A program made the position numbers and the translations under genes. Source: Mobula hypostoma (lineage: Eukaryota). From it: a DNA stretch of 64,000 nucleotides. The notes under the pieces were generated by a model. The model saw nothing but the letters and a program-made list of their open reading frames with translations, was not told the origin of the DNA and made no database searches. The DNA is taken from positions 158,474,001 through 158,538,000 of the forward strand of contig NC_086097.1 in assembly GCF_963921235.1 (NCBI RefSeq), in the 5' to 3' direction. Within the stretch, counting starts at the first letter, position 1; every line of letters starts with the position of its first letter. Below are positions 37,508-48,578 of the stretch, in pieces.

Positions 37508-38700
37508 CTCACACAAATGCTGGAGGAACTCAGCAGGTCAGTCAGCATCAGTGGAAATGGATGAATAATTAATGTTTTGGGCCGAGGCTGTTCTTCCGGA
37601 CTGGAAATAATGAAGGAAAACACCAGAATAAAAAAAATAGGAGGTGGGAAAGGAAAATAGCTAGATTGTGACTGGTAAAGCCAGATGGATGGGAAACTTA
37701 AATGGTTGGAGAGGAAACTGCACCAAAGGGGAAAGGGCAGGAAGAGGGACAGCAAGGGGAGGCCAGAGTGGGGAATAGAGGAAGAGGGGAGGGGGAGGCG
37801 ATATGCAGGTGAGAAGAGATAAGAGGCCAGAGTGGGGAATAGAGGAAGAGGGACACCAAGGGGAGGGATTTTTTTGAACGGGAAGGAAATATTTTTATTC
37901 ATACGGTCAGGTTGGAGGCTACCCCGATGCAATGTGAGGCATTGCTCCTCTACCTTGAGGGTAGCCTGAGCGTGGCACAAGAGGAGGCAATGGATTGACA
38001 TATTGGAATGGGAATTAAAGTGTTTGGCCACCAGTTTACGGTGGATCTCACCAATGTAGAGGAGGCTGCATTGGGAGCACCGGGCACAATAGACGACCCC
38101 AGCAAATTCACATTGTCTCACCTGGAAGGACTATTTGGAGCCCTGAATGAGGTGAGGGAGGAGGTGAATAGCATTCAAGCTGCTTGCAGGGATACGTGCT
38201 GGGAGGGACAAATGGACAAAGAAAACATGGAAGCAGTGATCTCTGTGGAAAGCGGAGATGGTGGGGTGAGGGGGGGTAAATTTAGGGAGCACAGAAGTTG
38301 CAGAGAATGATGTGTTGGATGCAAAAGCTCATGGGATGGTAGTTAAGGACGAGAGGAACTCTCACTGTTGAGGCGGTGGGAAGATGGAGTGAGTGCGGTT
38401 ATTTGAGAAATGGAGGAGATGCGGGTAAGCGCTGCATCAATGGTGGAGGAAGGGAACCCCCATTCTTTGAAGACAGAGGACACCTGGAAAGAAAAGCTGT
38501 ATGCTGGGAACAGATGAAGTGGAATCAAAGGACCTGAGAAAAGGAAATTTCATTTCTACAGGAGACATGGTGGGAATAGGTATAGTCAAGATAACTCTGG
38601 GAATTGGTAAGTTTATAAAAGGGTGTCACTCGGCAGTTTGTCTCCAGTTATGGAGCCAGAGAGATCAAGAACAGGGAGGGAGGTGTCAGAAATGGGATTT
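37508..38700 (-). mobile_element. Decayed Penelope-like element (RT C-terminus, GIY-YIG endonuclease, pLTR)
   Basis: GVVYCARCSQCSLLYIGE in ORF 37345-38121 and FKEWGFPSSTIDAALTRIS in ORF 38343-38528. Homologous to 50930-52096. Confidence 0.9.
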
Positions 38701-39031
38701 ATTGGATTGAAAGTACTCTTTGATGTTAATGAATGAAATGGTCAGTTTCAGAATAGATGCTGGTCACTGCAGAGTGAATTCTGGGCCTTCACTGGATGTT
38801 GCAATAACTCTTTCAAGTCAATTTGGTGTTACTTCCAGTCCATCTGAATCCAGGTATACTTCGGCTGTTCAGATAGCTACAAAACCCAAGTGAGAAGAGG
38901 CCACACACAGCAGTTTTATAATTCCTTTGCTTTCCTCTTACTTGCCAACGATGCACGCATTGTGAATGCACTGGTACCTGAAAGAGAAAAGATAAATTTA
39001 TGTCCTAAGAATAAAAGACTGGTTTGTAATA

Positions 39032-39549
39032 CAGGTGTCCCCCGCTTTACAAACGTTTGCTTTACGCCACTTCGCTTTTACGAAAGACCTACATTAGTAC
39101 CTGTTTTCGATAACCGAAAGAGGATTTTCGTTTTTACGAAAAAAGACGCCAGCTTTAAACTTGTGTTTACCCCGAGAAAGACTACCATGACCGTGAAGCC
39201 TTGTGTGGGCAGGTGTCTGCGCATGCGTGTACGTGCCAATTTTTTTTCTACAAATCGGTTTTGGCTAAGTCTTCCCAATTCTGTTAAGTGGAACTACACT
39301 GTACATATGTTATTTCTACTTTATATAGGCTGTGTATTTATCATATCATTCCTGCTTTTACTATATGTTAGTGTTATTTTAGGTTTTATGTGCTATTTGG
39401 TATGATTTGGTAGGTTATTTTTTGAATGTGGGAACGCTCAAAAAATTTTCCCATATAAATTAATGGTAATTGCTTCTTCGCTTAACGCTATTTCAGCTTC
39501 CGAACGGTTTCATAGGAGCGCTCTACCTTCGGGTAGTGGGGGAAACCTG
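39032..39549 (+). mobile_element. Tigger/pogo-type MITE (518 bp)
   Basis: TA-CAGGTGTCCCCCGC ... GTGGGGGAAACCTG-TA. Both ends are homologous to the ends of 48870-52477 in the opposite orientation. Confidence 0.9.
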
Positions 39550-40394
39550 TATTCTCTATTTGTTTTTAATGCCTGATTATTTCCTCAACACCACCCCAGA
39601 TGCAAGTAACATCACAAAGGCAAAATGAAGCTTGCAATAATAGTTTTAGGATTGTGCGTCTCAGTGTCAGACTGATAATCAAATGTATTACTGCTTGAAG
39701 TTCACTGAAAGGCAAGAAAATATATACTCAAAGCAGGAAACTATATGCAGCATTGAGTGGGGGTGTTGTAAATGAGGTTAGATGCATTGTGAAATGCTTC
39801 TATTGTACGAATAGATATGAAGCATAATGTAACTAATGATATGGAAATAGTGGAAGATATCTATTCAAAAGCAATTGAAAAGCATGTGGAATCTGCACTC
39901 AACAAAATCGTGCAATTGTAGCTGTGGCAATCCGATTTTTTTCAATTCTTTTATGTTCACAAAAAAAACAACAAAGACAAATAGAAATCAGAAATCAGAA
40001 TGCCAGAAGCAAGGACAAAATATAAATGTTGCCTTTTGTAAAATGGTTGCAACTGAAGTTAAGATTGTAATGTGCCTTGAATTTATCTTCATTGCAAAGG
40101 AAAGACATGAACAGGGTAACAAGCACTGATCTTTCCATTTTATCCATGTAATTAGAATATCAACATAAATTCTATCTTACTGGCTGTTTATTTCTGTTGA
40201 GATGATTGCCCCTAGCTGCTTTGTTTTAGCAACATTAATACTGTGCAAACATCTCGTCTGATGACAATATCAAATGCAGTTGTAAATTATTTGTTCCTTA
40301 TTTTTGATGGGTGTGTGAGTGTGTGCGTGCGTGCGCGTATGACAGGAAACCTGAGGCCTCCGTTCATACCTGGATCCGAACTGATTAGAGTGTA

Positions 40395-41210
40395 CAGTGC
40401 TTTGAAGAAGTACTCGGCCCCCACAACTATTTTCACATTTTACTGTCTCATTTTCTAAATTTAAATTATACTTAATTTTTTGAGCTAATCTAAAAACAGT
40501 GTATTTCAAAAGTAAAATGACAAAACCTGACAACAATTTACTAAAAGTCAAAAACCAAAATTGTGAGGCTGAGAAAGTATTCACCTCCTTTATAATTAGT
40601 ATGCTAACTTTCCTCGGGTGCAATACTGTATCTTACCTAACCAACTCATGCAATTTGTTGATGTAGAAAATTGGAGGATTGCTTGAATCTCTGTAAGGTA
40701 TGGTAAATTTTCAACGCACCAAACCAAAAGTAAGACCAAAATGCATTCAAGACAAGTCATAGAAATGATAATAGAAAAACATGCATCTGGGGAAGGACAC
40801 ACGACCATTTCAAAGGCACAAAACATACCTCGAAGCTGTCCACTGCTGCTCCCCCAACTGACGTGGCACAGTTTAAGCAATTTTGCAAGGAGGAATGGGC
40901 AAATCTTGCTCCATCATGTTGTGCAAAGATAATAGAGACTTATCCAAAAAGACAGCTGGTTGTAATAGTTGCAAAAGGTGATGCAACTAAGTACTGAGTA
41001 AAGGGAGAAGAATACTTTTGAATTGCTAACATTTCAGTTTTTTGATTTATAGTCTTTCATGCTTACAATTTTTCCCTGTTTTTTTTTGGGACCTACTATG
41101 AGGGGAAAAAAGATGCATGTGATTTACCAATGAAAATTCTCAGTTAAATTATCAAAATCCCTAGTTGTAATACTCATTTGTGTGATCAGACAATTAGGGG
41201 CTGAACACTG
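40395..41210 (+). mobile_element. Internally deleted Tc1-like DNA transposon
   Basis: TA-CAGTG...CACTG-TA. The N-terminal HTH (KTKMHSRQVIEMIIEKHASGEGHTTISKAQNIPRS) is joined almost directly to the C-terminus (QFCKEEWANLAPSCCAKIIETYPKR...AKGDATKY*). The DDE core is absent. Confidence 0.9.
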
Positions 41211-41529
41211 TATTTGGGTGAAGAGAAAAATAAGAAATATGTGTGTAAATATCTTTTATCAATCATTAATAAGTGATTAAACTTCTGAATGCTTACTTCT
41301 GCAAATCACTGATTTGCAGAGATAGTTTGCAATCACAGTGCCGTAGAACTGCACTGCTTACTCTTACAAATTGTTATGTTTATTTCCCTATTCCTTTTGC
41401 TGCTGTGTTGTAATGCCAGGAGACATTGCCCTCTGCATGAGAAAAGTACAATGTTGTGGTGGTGGTGGTGTTCATGATAGTACGAGTAGTAAGAGGAATT
41501 TTCGGTCAATAGTGAATCCCCAAGATGTT

Positions 41530-41690
41530 GATAGCAAATAGATGTTCTGAAAAACAATTACCCAATGTATGTTTGGTTTCTCCAATGTAGAGGAGATCAT
41601 ATTGTGAACAACGATTGCAGTACACTGCACTGGAAGAAGTGTGATTGAGTCACTGCTTCAATTAAAAAGACTGACTGGGTCACAGGGAAC
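41530..41690 (-). mobile_element. Penelope GIY-YIG fragment
   Basis: Manual translation SSAVYCNRCSQYDLLYIGETKHTLGNCFSEH. Confidence 0.8.
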
Positions 41691-42107
41691 AGAGAAGATG
41701 AACAGACACGTGAGACTACAGATGCAAGGAGAATTATATTTTCAGAACGTGGCTTACTCTTGATAAGTGATGTAATGGGCAGATCAATTTTATTTTTCCT
41801 TTAGCAATTTTTTTGGTTATCTGTGATCAGATATTTGGTTTAGAAATGTAACACTCACTGATTTGATATCCCAAGCTAAAAGAAACCTGATCTAGTGGAT
41901 CAAAATATCCCTGTTAAACCTGATCAATGTGACTTTGCCTCCTGCTTCAGTGCAATTTCCACTTCCCCTTACAAGCATGTTACATACAGCTTTTGGCTTG
42001 TTTCAATTCACGCTAAACTTTTAGCATCTCGATATTATGGTTTTACAGTTCTATGAGAGTACTGTGATGGCTTAAAGCATTGAATGCAGATCCTTTACAA
42101 CTCATCT

Positions 42108-42500
42108 TTCAAGGATCATGTAACAATTTTATTCACCATATACATTTATTTACATGCATAGGAATTTGTTGTGTTGGTTAGGGTGTGACGTGTGCCAAAA
42201 GTTAACATCCAATAATTATAAAGAATAAAAACTGTACAAAAATAAAGTTAGAAGTTAAAATGTAGATAAAATGTGCATAAATATATAAATACCAGCATTT
42301 ATTTACAATGCAAACAGAATTATAAAAACTGGATTAAAGTGCCTACAGTGTAGTAATGGGAGACTACTTGGAAGCGATGTGGGGAATGAGAATGGTTGAT
42401 AACTGCTGGTGGGAAGAAACTTTCAAGATGGCATGATGCTTTTGTTTTAATAGCCCTATGGTGTTTCCAGAAGGGATCTTTTGGGAAAGGCAGTTGTAAT
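42108..42500 (-). mobile_element. Rex1/Babar 3' end
   Basis: PFWKHHRAIKTKASCHLESFFPPAVI in ORF 42320-42505 resembles the Rex1 C-terminus, followed by 3' UTR. Confidence 0.7.
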
Positions 42501-44695
42501 TCCATTGTTCTTGCTTGTATTGAGTACAGAAGTTAAAATTGTGTACTTTTCTGTCTCCTGGCTTTCTGACTTTGTACAAGCCATTAATTATTTAGGAACA
42601 CTGTAAGCATTTTTCTAAGACACTAGGCATTAGTACACAGTAGCTTTCACTTTTTCTTTCCCATTTTCCCCCCATGCTTTGGTGCAGGCACTGATTTACA
42701 TGATACGGAATTCTGAGAGCATTGGTTATTTCTTGTGCTACAACTGAACACTTTAAAGTTCTTGCTTGAGGCTGGTGGTAAATATAGCCAGGAGCTACTC
42801 CACAGCTGAACCTAATTCAGTCTGTTCTTGCTATTAACATGTGTGATTTCCAACGAGAAACAGTGGATTGAGATAAGCATGACACCCGGATGGTATAATG
42901 GTTGTGTCTGGAGGGTGTTCAAATATATCCATTCCCACCTGGAGAATATATGCTTAAGTAATTAAGGAAATATGACAAAAACTAATATGATTTATATTTA
43001 TCCATGAAACCATCAGATTGTCAGAAAAGAACTACCACTGATGTCATTATGAAAGAAAATCTGCCATTGTTTCCCTACCTTGTTTGTCTTTGTTCATGTT
43101 TTTAAGATTTGGGCATCTCTGCAAGGTTTACTGTCCATTGCTAATCAGCTTTGGAAGGTGGTACTGAGCTGCCACCTTGAGCTGTCGTTGTCCTTCACGT
43201 ACCGGTGTTGCATCTGTGCTCCGAGGAAAGGAATTCCAGGATTTACACCTGGCAGTAATGATGGGCCAGCAATGTATTTTCAAATCAGAATGGTGTGTGA
43301 CTTGAAGAGGGGGGGGGGCTGCTGATTCTGTTCTTTAATTCCTCCTAATACCCCTGTTATTGATTTGGGAGGAGTATTCAGAGTCACTTGGATGAGTGAT
43401 AGTCATACACAGTTAGGCAACTCTGACCCAAATGATGCAACTGCAGATGACACAGATTACAGCCAGGGTGCACTTGTGGTATAGGGAATGAACATTCTGG
43501 ATAGTGAATGCCACTTAAATTGCTTGTGTTGTTCAGAATGTGTTGAGTAATGTTGGAGCTGCATTCATCCAGGATAATATTGAATATTGTATCATAATCC
43601 TGACCTCTACCTGGATGGTGATGGGAAGGAATTAGGTATTAGGAGATGCACATTGCAGAATACCTGGCTGCTAAGGTATCTTGTAGCACAGTGTTTATAT
43701 TTGCTGGCCACTTGAGGTTTTTGTTAGTCAAGACTCCATAGTGTTGATGATAATGGACTCAGATGGTAATGCCTTAGATGTTAAGGGTAGGTGAATGGAA
43801 CTATTGTTGGAGAAAATCATTCCCTGCCTCTTGGATGGCATGAATGTTACTTTAGCCCTTGGCTGAATTTTTGACAAATCCTGCTATAAACTGGACATGG
43901 GTTGGTTGATTTGCTTGAAAATCTGTGAAATGATTGATCATTGTGCATTCAACAATAAATGTCCAATTTCTTGATAACATAAGAACATAAGTAACAGGAG
44001 CAGGAGTAGGCCATCTGGCTCATCAAGGCTGTGAGATTCTCGGGTGGAGACGATTTAAGTGTGAATGTAGCCTCTTTTATCATAAGTCCTTAATGCCAAC
44101 CTCAGCCAAATTTTGTTTCCATGTCAGGGCCATTAATTCTCACCTCAGCTCTGGAATTAAAATCAGAATCAGGTTTAATATCACTGGCCTATGTCATGAA
44201 ACTTGTTAACTTTGTGAGCAGGACAATGCAATACATAAAAATAGAAAAAAGCTTTATATTACAGTATGGTGGTGGCATCCGTTAGTCTCGCGAGACCATG
44301 GATCTGCGCCTGGAAAGTCTTCACTCTCCAGGGCACAGGTGTGGGAAAAGGTTGTATGGAAGACCGGCAGTTGCCCCTGCAGCAAGTCTTTCCTCTCCAC
44401 GACACCGATGTTGTCCAAGGGAAGGGCAAGGGCCGATACAGCTTAGCGCCAGTGTCGTTGCAGGAGTTGCCAGAACGAGCTTGAAGGCAACATTGTACTG
44501 CCTTAGGGACTCCAGCTCCAGACTTGTCCTCAGGGTTTAATCTTGAAGCCTTTCCCATGAGTGGGTATGGCCACAAGGCAGCGGAGGTTTGAAATCAGAG
44601 CTTTCCCTCTCTTAGATGGACTGCCTTCCCAGGCTGACGAGCTCCATCTACCCGAAGCACTGGTTTTAAGGCGCCAGGACCCGCCTTCGCCCCTT

Positions 44696-45135
44696 CTCCT
44701 GTCAGTAGAAACAGTTTTTTTTATTTCAAGATATACTTTATTCAAAAATAAATATATACAATAAACCATTCAATAACTTTTCATCCTTTACATACGTTTC
44801 CATTATACTCAGTACATTTCTGTATGTATAGCCACCCATGTGGCACTCCAGTAGTTCAGCTTACCATATCAATGTTGAGGGGTATACTCCCCGCCCACCG
44901 ACCCCTCCCACTCCCACGGGTGGAGAAACCTATACTGTGGTCCTTCCCCACCGGGCCCTTGCGGTGGCTGCACCGAGTTTCAGTGCGTAGAAACAGTTCC
45001 ACCGGGCTTAGAGGCTAAGCCACACGAGAAGGCTATAGCTGGACTTGGTTGTCAGAGGCGCATGCCGTGAGGAGCACTTTTAGGTAGTGGGAGCTTGTCC
45101 CCACTACCACTCCTCGGCTAGACAACCTTGGAACC
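44696..45135 (-). ncRNA. Candidate HDV-like ribozyme at the RTE 5' end (non-canonical, interrupted)
   Basis: P1 GGUUCCA/UGGAACU with a G1-U wobble, P3/L3 GCC-UUCUCGUGU-GGC, J4/2 CUGA, and a long J1/2 hairpin. P2 is weak and there is an extra segment between P3 and P1. Confidence 0.4.
44717..44986 (-). mobile_element. 5'-truncated L1/Tx1-type insertion
   Basis: Perfect 12-bp TSD GTAGAAACAGTT (44705-44716, 44987-44998). Minus strand encodes ALKLGAATARARWGRTTV*, then a 3' UTR, AATAAA (44737-44742) and oligo(A). Confidence 0.8.
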
Positions 45136-46253
45136 ATTGCAGTATGTATGTGTATGTATATGTCTATATATAATTGAATTAAATGAGTAGTGCAAAAAAT
45201 AGGAAATTAAAAAAATAGTCGTGAGGTGCTATTCATGGGCGCAATGTCCATTCAGAAATTGGATGGCATGGGAAGAAGCTGTTTATGAATCATTGAGTGT
45301 TCAGCTTTTGGTCAATGTTTGCGTTAAGTGCTCCTTTGAAAATCTAAAATGGGTATTGGTGAGCAAGGTGCCAATGAGTAAATAGTGATTGATAGCACAA
45401 ATGACAACACCTGCCTTCAATTAGCTGATAAATAAACATAGATTAATTAGGAAATAATTAACCAAGTTAGATTGCCCTTGATTTCTTTTGGGAAAATGGA
45501 AAGCCTATGTAATTGTCCTGCATCGCTGGCTAGATGTACTAGAGCAGTTTGGTCTGAGCTGTAGTTATTCTTGGATTGTAGTTTTTCAGTACTGCAGCTC
45601 CTTTGATGCTATAGCCTTTATTGTCTGCAATGGTGTCAGCCATTTCTAGGTATTGTGTGGAGTGAATTAAGTTGGTTCAACACTTGTTTTTGATGGTGGG
45701 GATCTCAGATAGAAACCCAGTTGGATCATCCACTTAGCACACCTCTGTAGACATGGTCATGAGTGCTTCAGTGCTTAACTTTTGCACTTACTGAAGAAAT
45801 AGTGGTAGTAGGGCTCTATCAATGTTGAAGATGGAAATCTTCAATGGGATGGTCAATTGTCTATCACCATTCAGCACCGATTAGTAACACTAAACCTGCC
45901 AATGTGCTTGTCTCTTTATTTTGCTGAAATAGATGGTAGGCCAAGATGAATAAGGGATTGCCTTGATATTTTCCAAATACGAAATGAGGCTGATTTTTTT
46001 TTCATTTTTCTTCTCCATGGCTAAAAGGAATGGGTTTAGCACCTTTAACAACCATAACATGTTACTAGCAAACTCAAATACTCATCGAAGCTATTATTTT
46101 TTTTTAAATGCTGTAAGTCAGGGTTCCCCAATTAGTTTTCCACAAGGGCCAAATTATGTCAAGCATGCCAAGCCAAGGGGCCAAAACGTCCAGAGTTTTT
46201 TTTCATTGTGCAGGAAGTTGTTTTATGGGCAGATGTTGTTGCTGCTATTACCA

Positions 46254-46310
46254 TCATTATTATTATTATTATTATTATTAGTAGTAGTGGTGGTAGTAGT
46301 AGTAATAATT
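46254..46310. repeat. (ATT)n/(AGT)n microsatellite
   Basis: Direct observation. Confidence 0.9.
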
Positions 46311-46425
46311 TAGGCCTGGGATTCTCAAAGTCTGTGTTGTGGGTCACACAAGAAAAAAAAAATGCACTCTTGAAACAAAATAGGTCCAAAACCAACCATT
46401 TAATTATGACTCTAGCTATCACAAC

Positions 46426-46742
46426 CACGTGTGGGCATGTGGCCAAGTGGTTAAGGCATTCGACTAGTGATTTGAAGGTCGTGAGTTTGAGCCCCAGCCA
46501 GGCAGCGTGTTGTGTCCTTGAGCAAGGCACTTAATCACACAGTACTCTGCGGCGACACTGGTGCCAAGCTGTATGGGTCCTAATGCCCTTCCCTTGGACA
46601 ACATTGATGTTGTGGAGAGGGGAGACTTGCAGCATGGGCAACTGCTGGTCTTCGATACAACCTTGCCCAGGCCTGCACCCTGGAGAGTGAAGACTTTCCA
46701 GGCGGAGATCCATGGTCTCGCAAGACTAACGGATGCCTTTAA
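46426..46742 (+). mobile_element. tRNA-derived SINE with CORE-like body and RTE-derived tail
   Basis: A-box TGGCCAAGTGG, B-box GTTTGAGCC, then GTGTCCTTGAGCAAGGCACTTAA. 46548-46737 is the reverse complement of ~44275-44463. Perfect 12-bp TSD AGCTATCACAAC (46414-46425, 46743-46754). Confidence 0.9.
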
Positions 46743-46798
46743 AGCTATCACAACTGTCAGCTGTCACACGGAAAACTCATCTGGGACTCAAAATACAT

Positions 46799-46799
<1 letters not shown>

Positions 46800-46838
<39 letters not shown>
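46800..46838. repeat. (CA)n microsatellite
   Basis: Direct observation. Confidence 0.95.
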
Positions 46839-46839
<1 letters not shown>

Positions 46840-47072
46840 AAACATGGTAGTCTTCACCACTTTTCTTCCACAGAAAGAACTCTTCTCTTTCACACAAAGG
46901 GTTTTAGTAGTACTGCCTTTTCCACTGTTTCTGTTCTCTCATTTAATTAAGCTATGTTCCATTTGAAGTATGAAGTGTAGCTGTAAATGAAATTATCAGT
47001 ATTATTGTTGTAATATTATTATACCACAATAAGATTAACAAATGGACAAAAATAAGTTGATTCACTCACCGA

Positions 47073-48578
47073 TCAGTGAGAGAAGTGACAGTGATGGGAT
47101 GAGGCAATCCTTCTGATGTCGGGCCTGTATTCTGTTGTGGCAGTCCTGAGGCACTGGCCAAGATATACATTGGAGAGTCTGTTTCTGTTCTGGTTCTTGA
47201 TAGAGTTCATTGAAGAAAACGATGATTCACATATGTACATGGAGGGGAACAGTGTGAGTAGCAGCATTGCAATAGCTCTCATGTTTTTGAATTGAGCTTG
47301 GGAACCACGTTGATCCAAAAGTCACTCACCCCAACGTCCTTGTGTTGTGCTTTGAGCAAATCAGATGTTCCCATTCCAAGACCTCCACCTGAAGAATTGC
47401 CTCATCTATGGAAGGCACCAGCCTTTTGGCCTCTGCAGTCCACTGGCCGTCAGCCGAAATGGAAAACGGCTGTCTCAGGGAGAGGAGGATGTCACCCGAG
47501 AGTTTAGGGGAGCTTTCATATCGTTCCCTGAAGTTTTCTGCCAGGTTCGTCACAAAATCCTTCATCAGTGGATCCTCCCACATTTCGTTCTTCTCGCAGT
47601 GCTCCTGCAGACATGGAAAGTGCAACTTTCTCCCATAAATGTCTCTCTCCAAAAGGTTCAGCTTTGACCGGAGAGCTTCAATTGCCTCATACATGTCTGC
47701 AACAGTGTGGTTGTTGCCTTGTAATTGCAGATTAAGTTGATTTAGATGAGACATGATGTCACACAAGAAAAGAACGTATGCCATCACCTTGTTGTCACTT
47801 AAAAACCTCTTAAATCCTTGGGGTTTTTGGTTCTGCAGGCTGGATAAAAATGACACAAGCTCATTGCGAGGTCGCACGCCCTCTCCAACACACGGCCTTT
47901 GCTTAGCCAGCGAACATCATTATGCAGCAAAAGATCTTTGTGTCCCGCTGACTTTTTCTCCAGCAATGCTCTGAAAAGGTGATATTGCAGACTAGAACTT
48001 TCACGAACGAAATTTACCAGTCTCATCACAGAATCCATCACCTCTTTCATTTCCCCACACAGTTTAGCGCACAACACTGATTTGTGAATAATGCAATGAA
48101 ATGCCAAGAGTGCTGAGTTAACAGCGGCAAACCTGCTTACCAAGCCCTTGTGTTGTCCCAACATTGATGGAGTCCCATCGGTGACAACGGACACAATTTT
48201 GCTCACATCCAAGCCATTCTTCTCAAAGAACTGTATCAACTCTTTAAAAATTATTTCCCCAGTTGTGCGCCCAGGCAGAGGATGCAAACAAAGTAGCTCT
48301 TCCCGAAAGGTCTTCCCATCAAAAAATCTTGTGAACACAGTTAGCTCTTCCATATCGGTTCGGTCACAGGACGAGTCTATGGCTAGTGATATGGCTTCTG
48401 CTTTCTCCAAATCAGTGAGTAAATTGGAAAAACATTCCTCCGCTAAAACTTCTACTCTTCTTGTTGCCGTGTTAGCCGATAGTGGCACCGTCTTTAATAG
48501 CTCCACAACCGTTTTCTTGGTTTTCTCACCATGACTTAAAGCTTGGCCAACTACATCAATTGCACACGTTTCAATCAA
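47073..48578 (-). pseudogene. hAT transposase pseudogene (two frameshifts, N-terminus apparently missing)
   Basis: ORFs 47799-48578, 47326-47877 and 47073-47318 carry SLAIDSSCD, VVTDG, FHCIIH, VRWLSKG, LNLQLQG and FPSMYICESSFS...RNRL (DDE, CxxH, RW and dimerisation motifs). Confidence 0.95.

Larger units (their letters stand above)
44269..45135 (-). mobile_element. Non-autonomous bipartite RTE-clade element (5' UTR joined to 3' terminus, no ORF)
   Basis: TSD ATT(A/G)CAGTATG at 44258-44268 and 45136-45146. RTE-type 3' end GGCGCAGATCCATGGTCTCGCGAGACTAACGGATGCC plus a short ACC repeat. About 0.58 kb after removing the Tx1 insert. Confidence 0.75.
44161..45300 (-). mobile_element. Rex1/Babar 3' end split by an RTE derivative
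   Basis: AATCAGAATCAGGTTTAATATCAC tail at 44161 (reverse complement of the 8600-8625 tail type). Resumes at 45136-45300. Confidence 0.8.
43100..45880 (-). mobile_element. Old CR1/L2-group LINE interrupted by nested insertions
   Basis: The 3' end at 43100-43320 is related to 965-1425. Decayed RT-like sequence at 43450-43975 and 45340-45880 (an NYRPISLLS-like region near 45425-45460). Confidence 0.55.

Noticed and set aside
37761..37852. Direct repeat GGCCAGAGTGGGGAATAGAGGAAGAGGG with spacer, superficially CRISPR-like
   Set aside because: Only two units inside a Penelope pLTR in eukaryotic DNA. It is a local tandem duplication.
37345..38121. 258-aa ORF as a novel membrane protein
   Set aside because: Penelope GIY-YIG remnant reading through the pyrimidine-rich pLTR.
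46432..46500. tRNA gene
   Set aside because: A and B boxes are present, but it is the head of a TSD-flanked SINE and lacks a convincing acceptor stem.
45963..46534. ORFs with poly-L/V/I runs resembling transmembrane helices
   Set aside because: Produced by the (ATT)n/(AGT)n microsatellite.
47073..48578. Domesticated hAT gene (ZBED8/GTF2IRD2/EPM2AIP1-like)
   Set aside because: Two frameshifts plus retained TIRs and a perfect TSD indicate an ordinary transposon copy.
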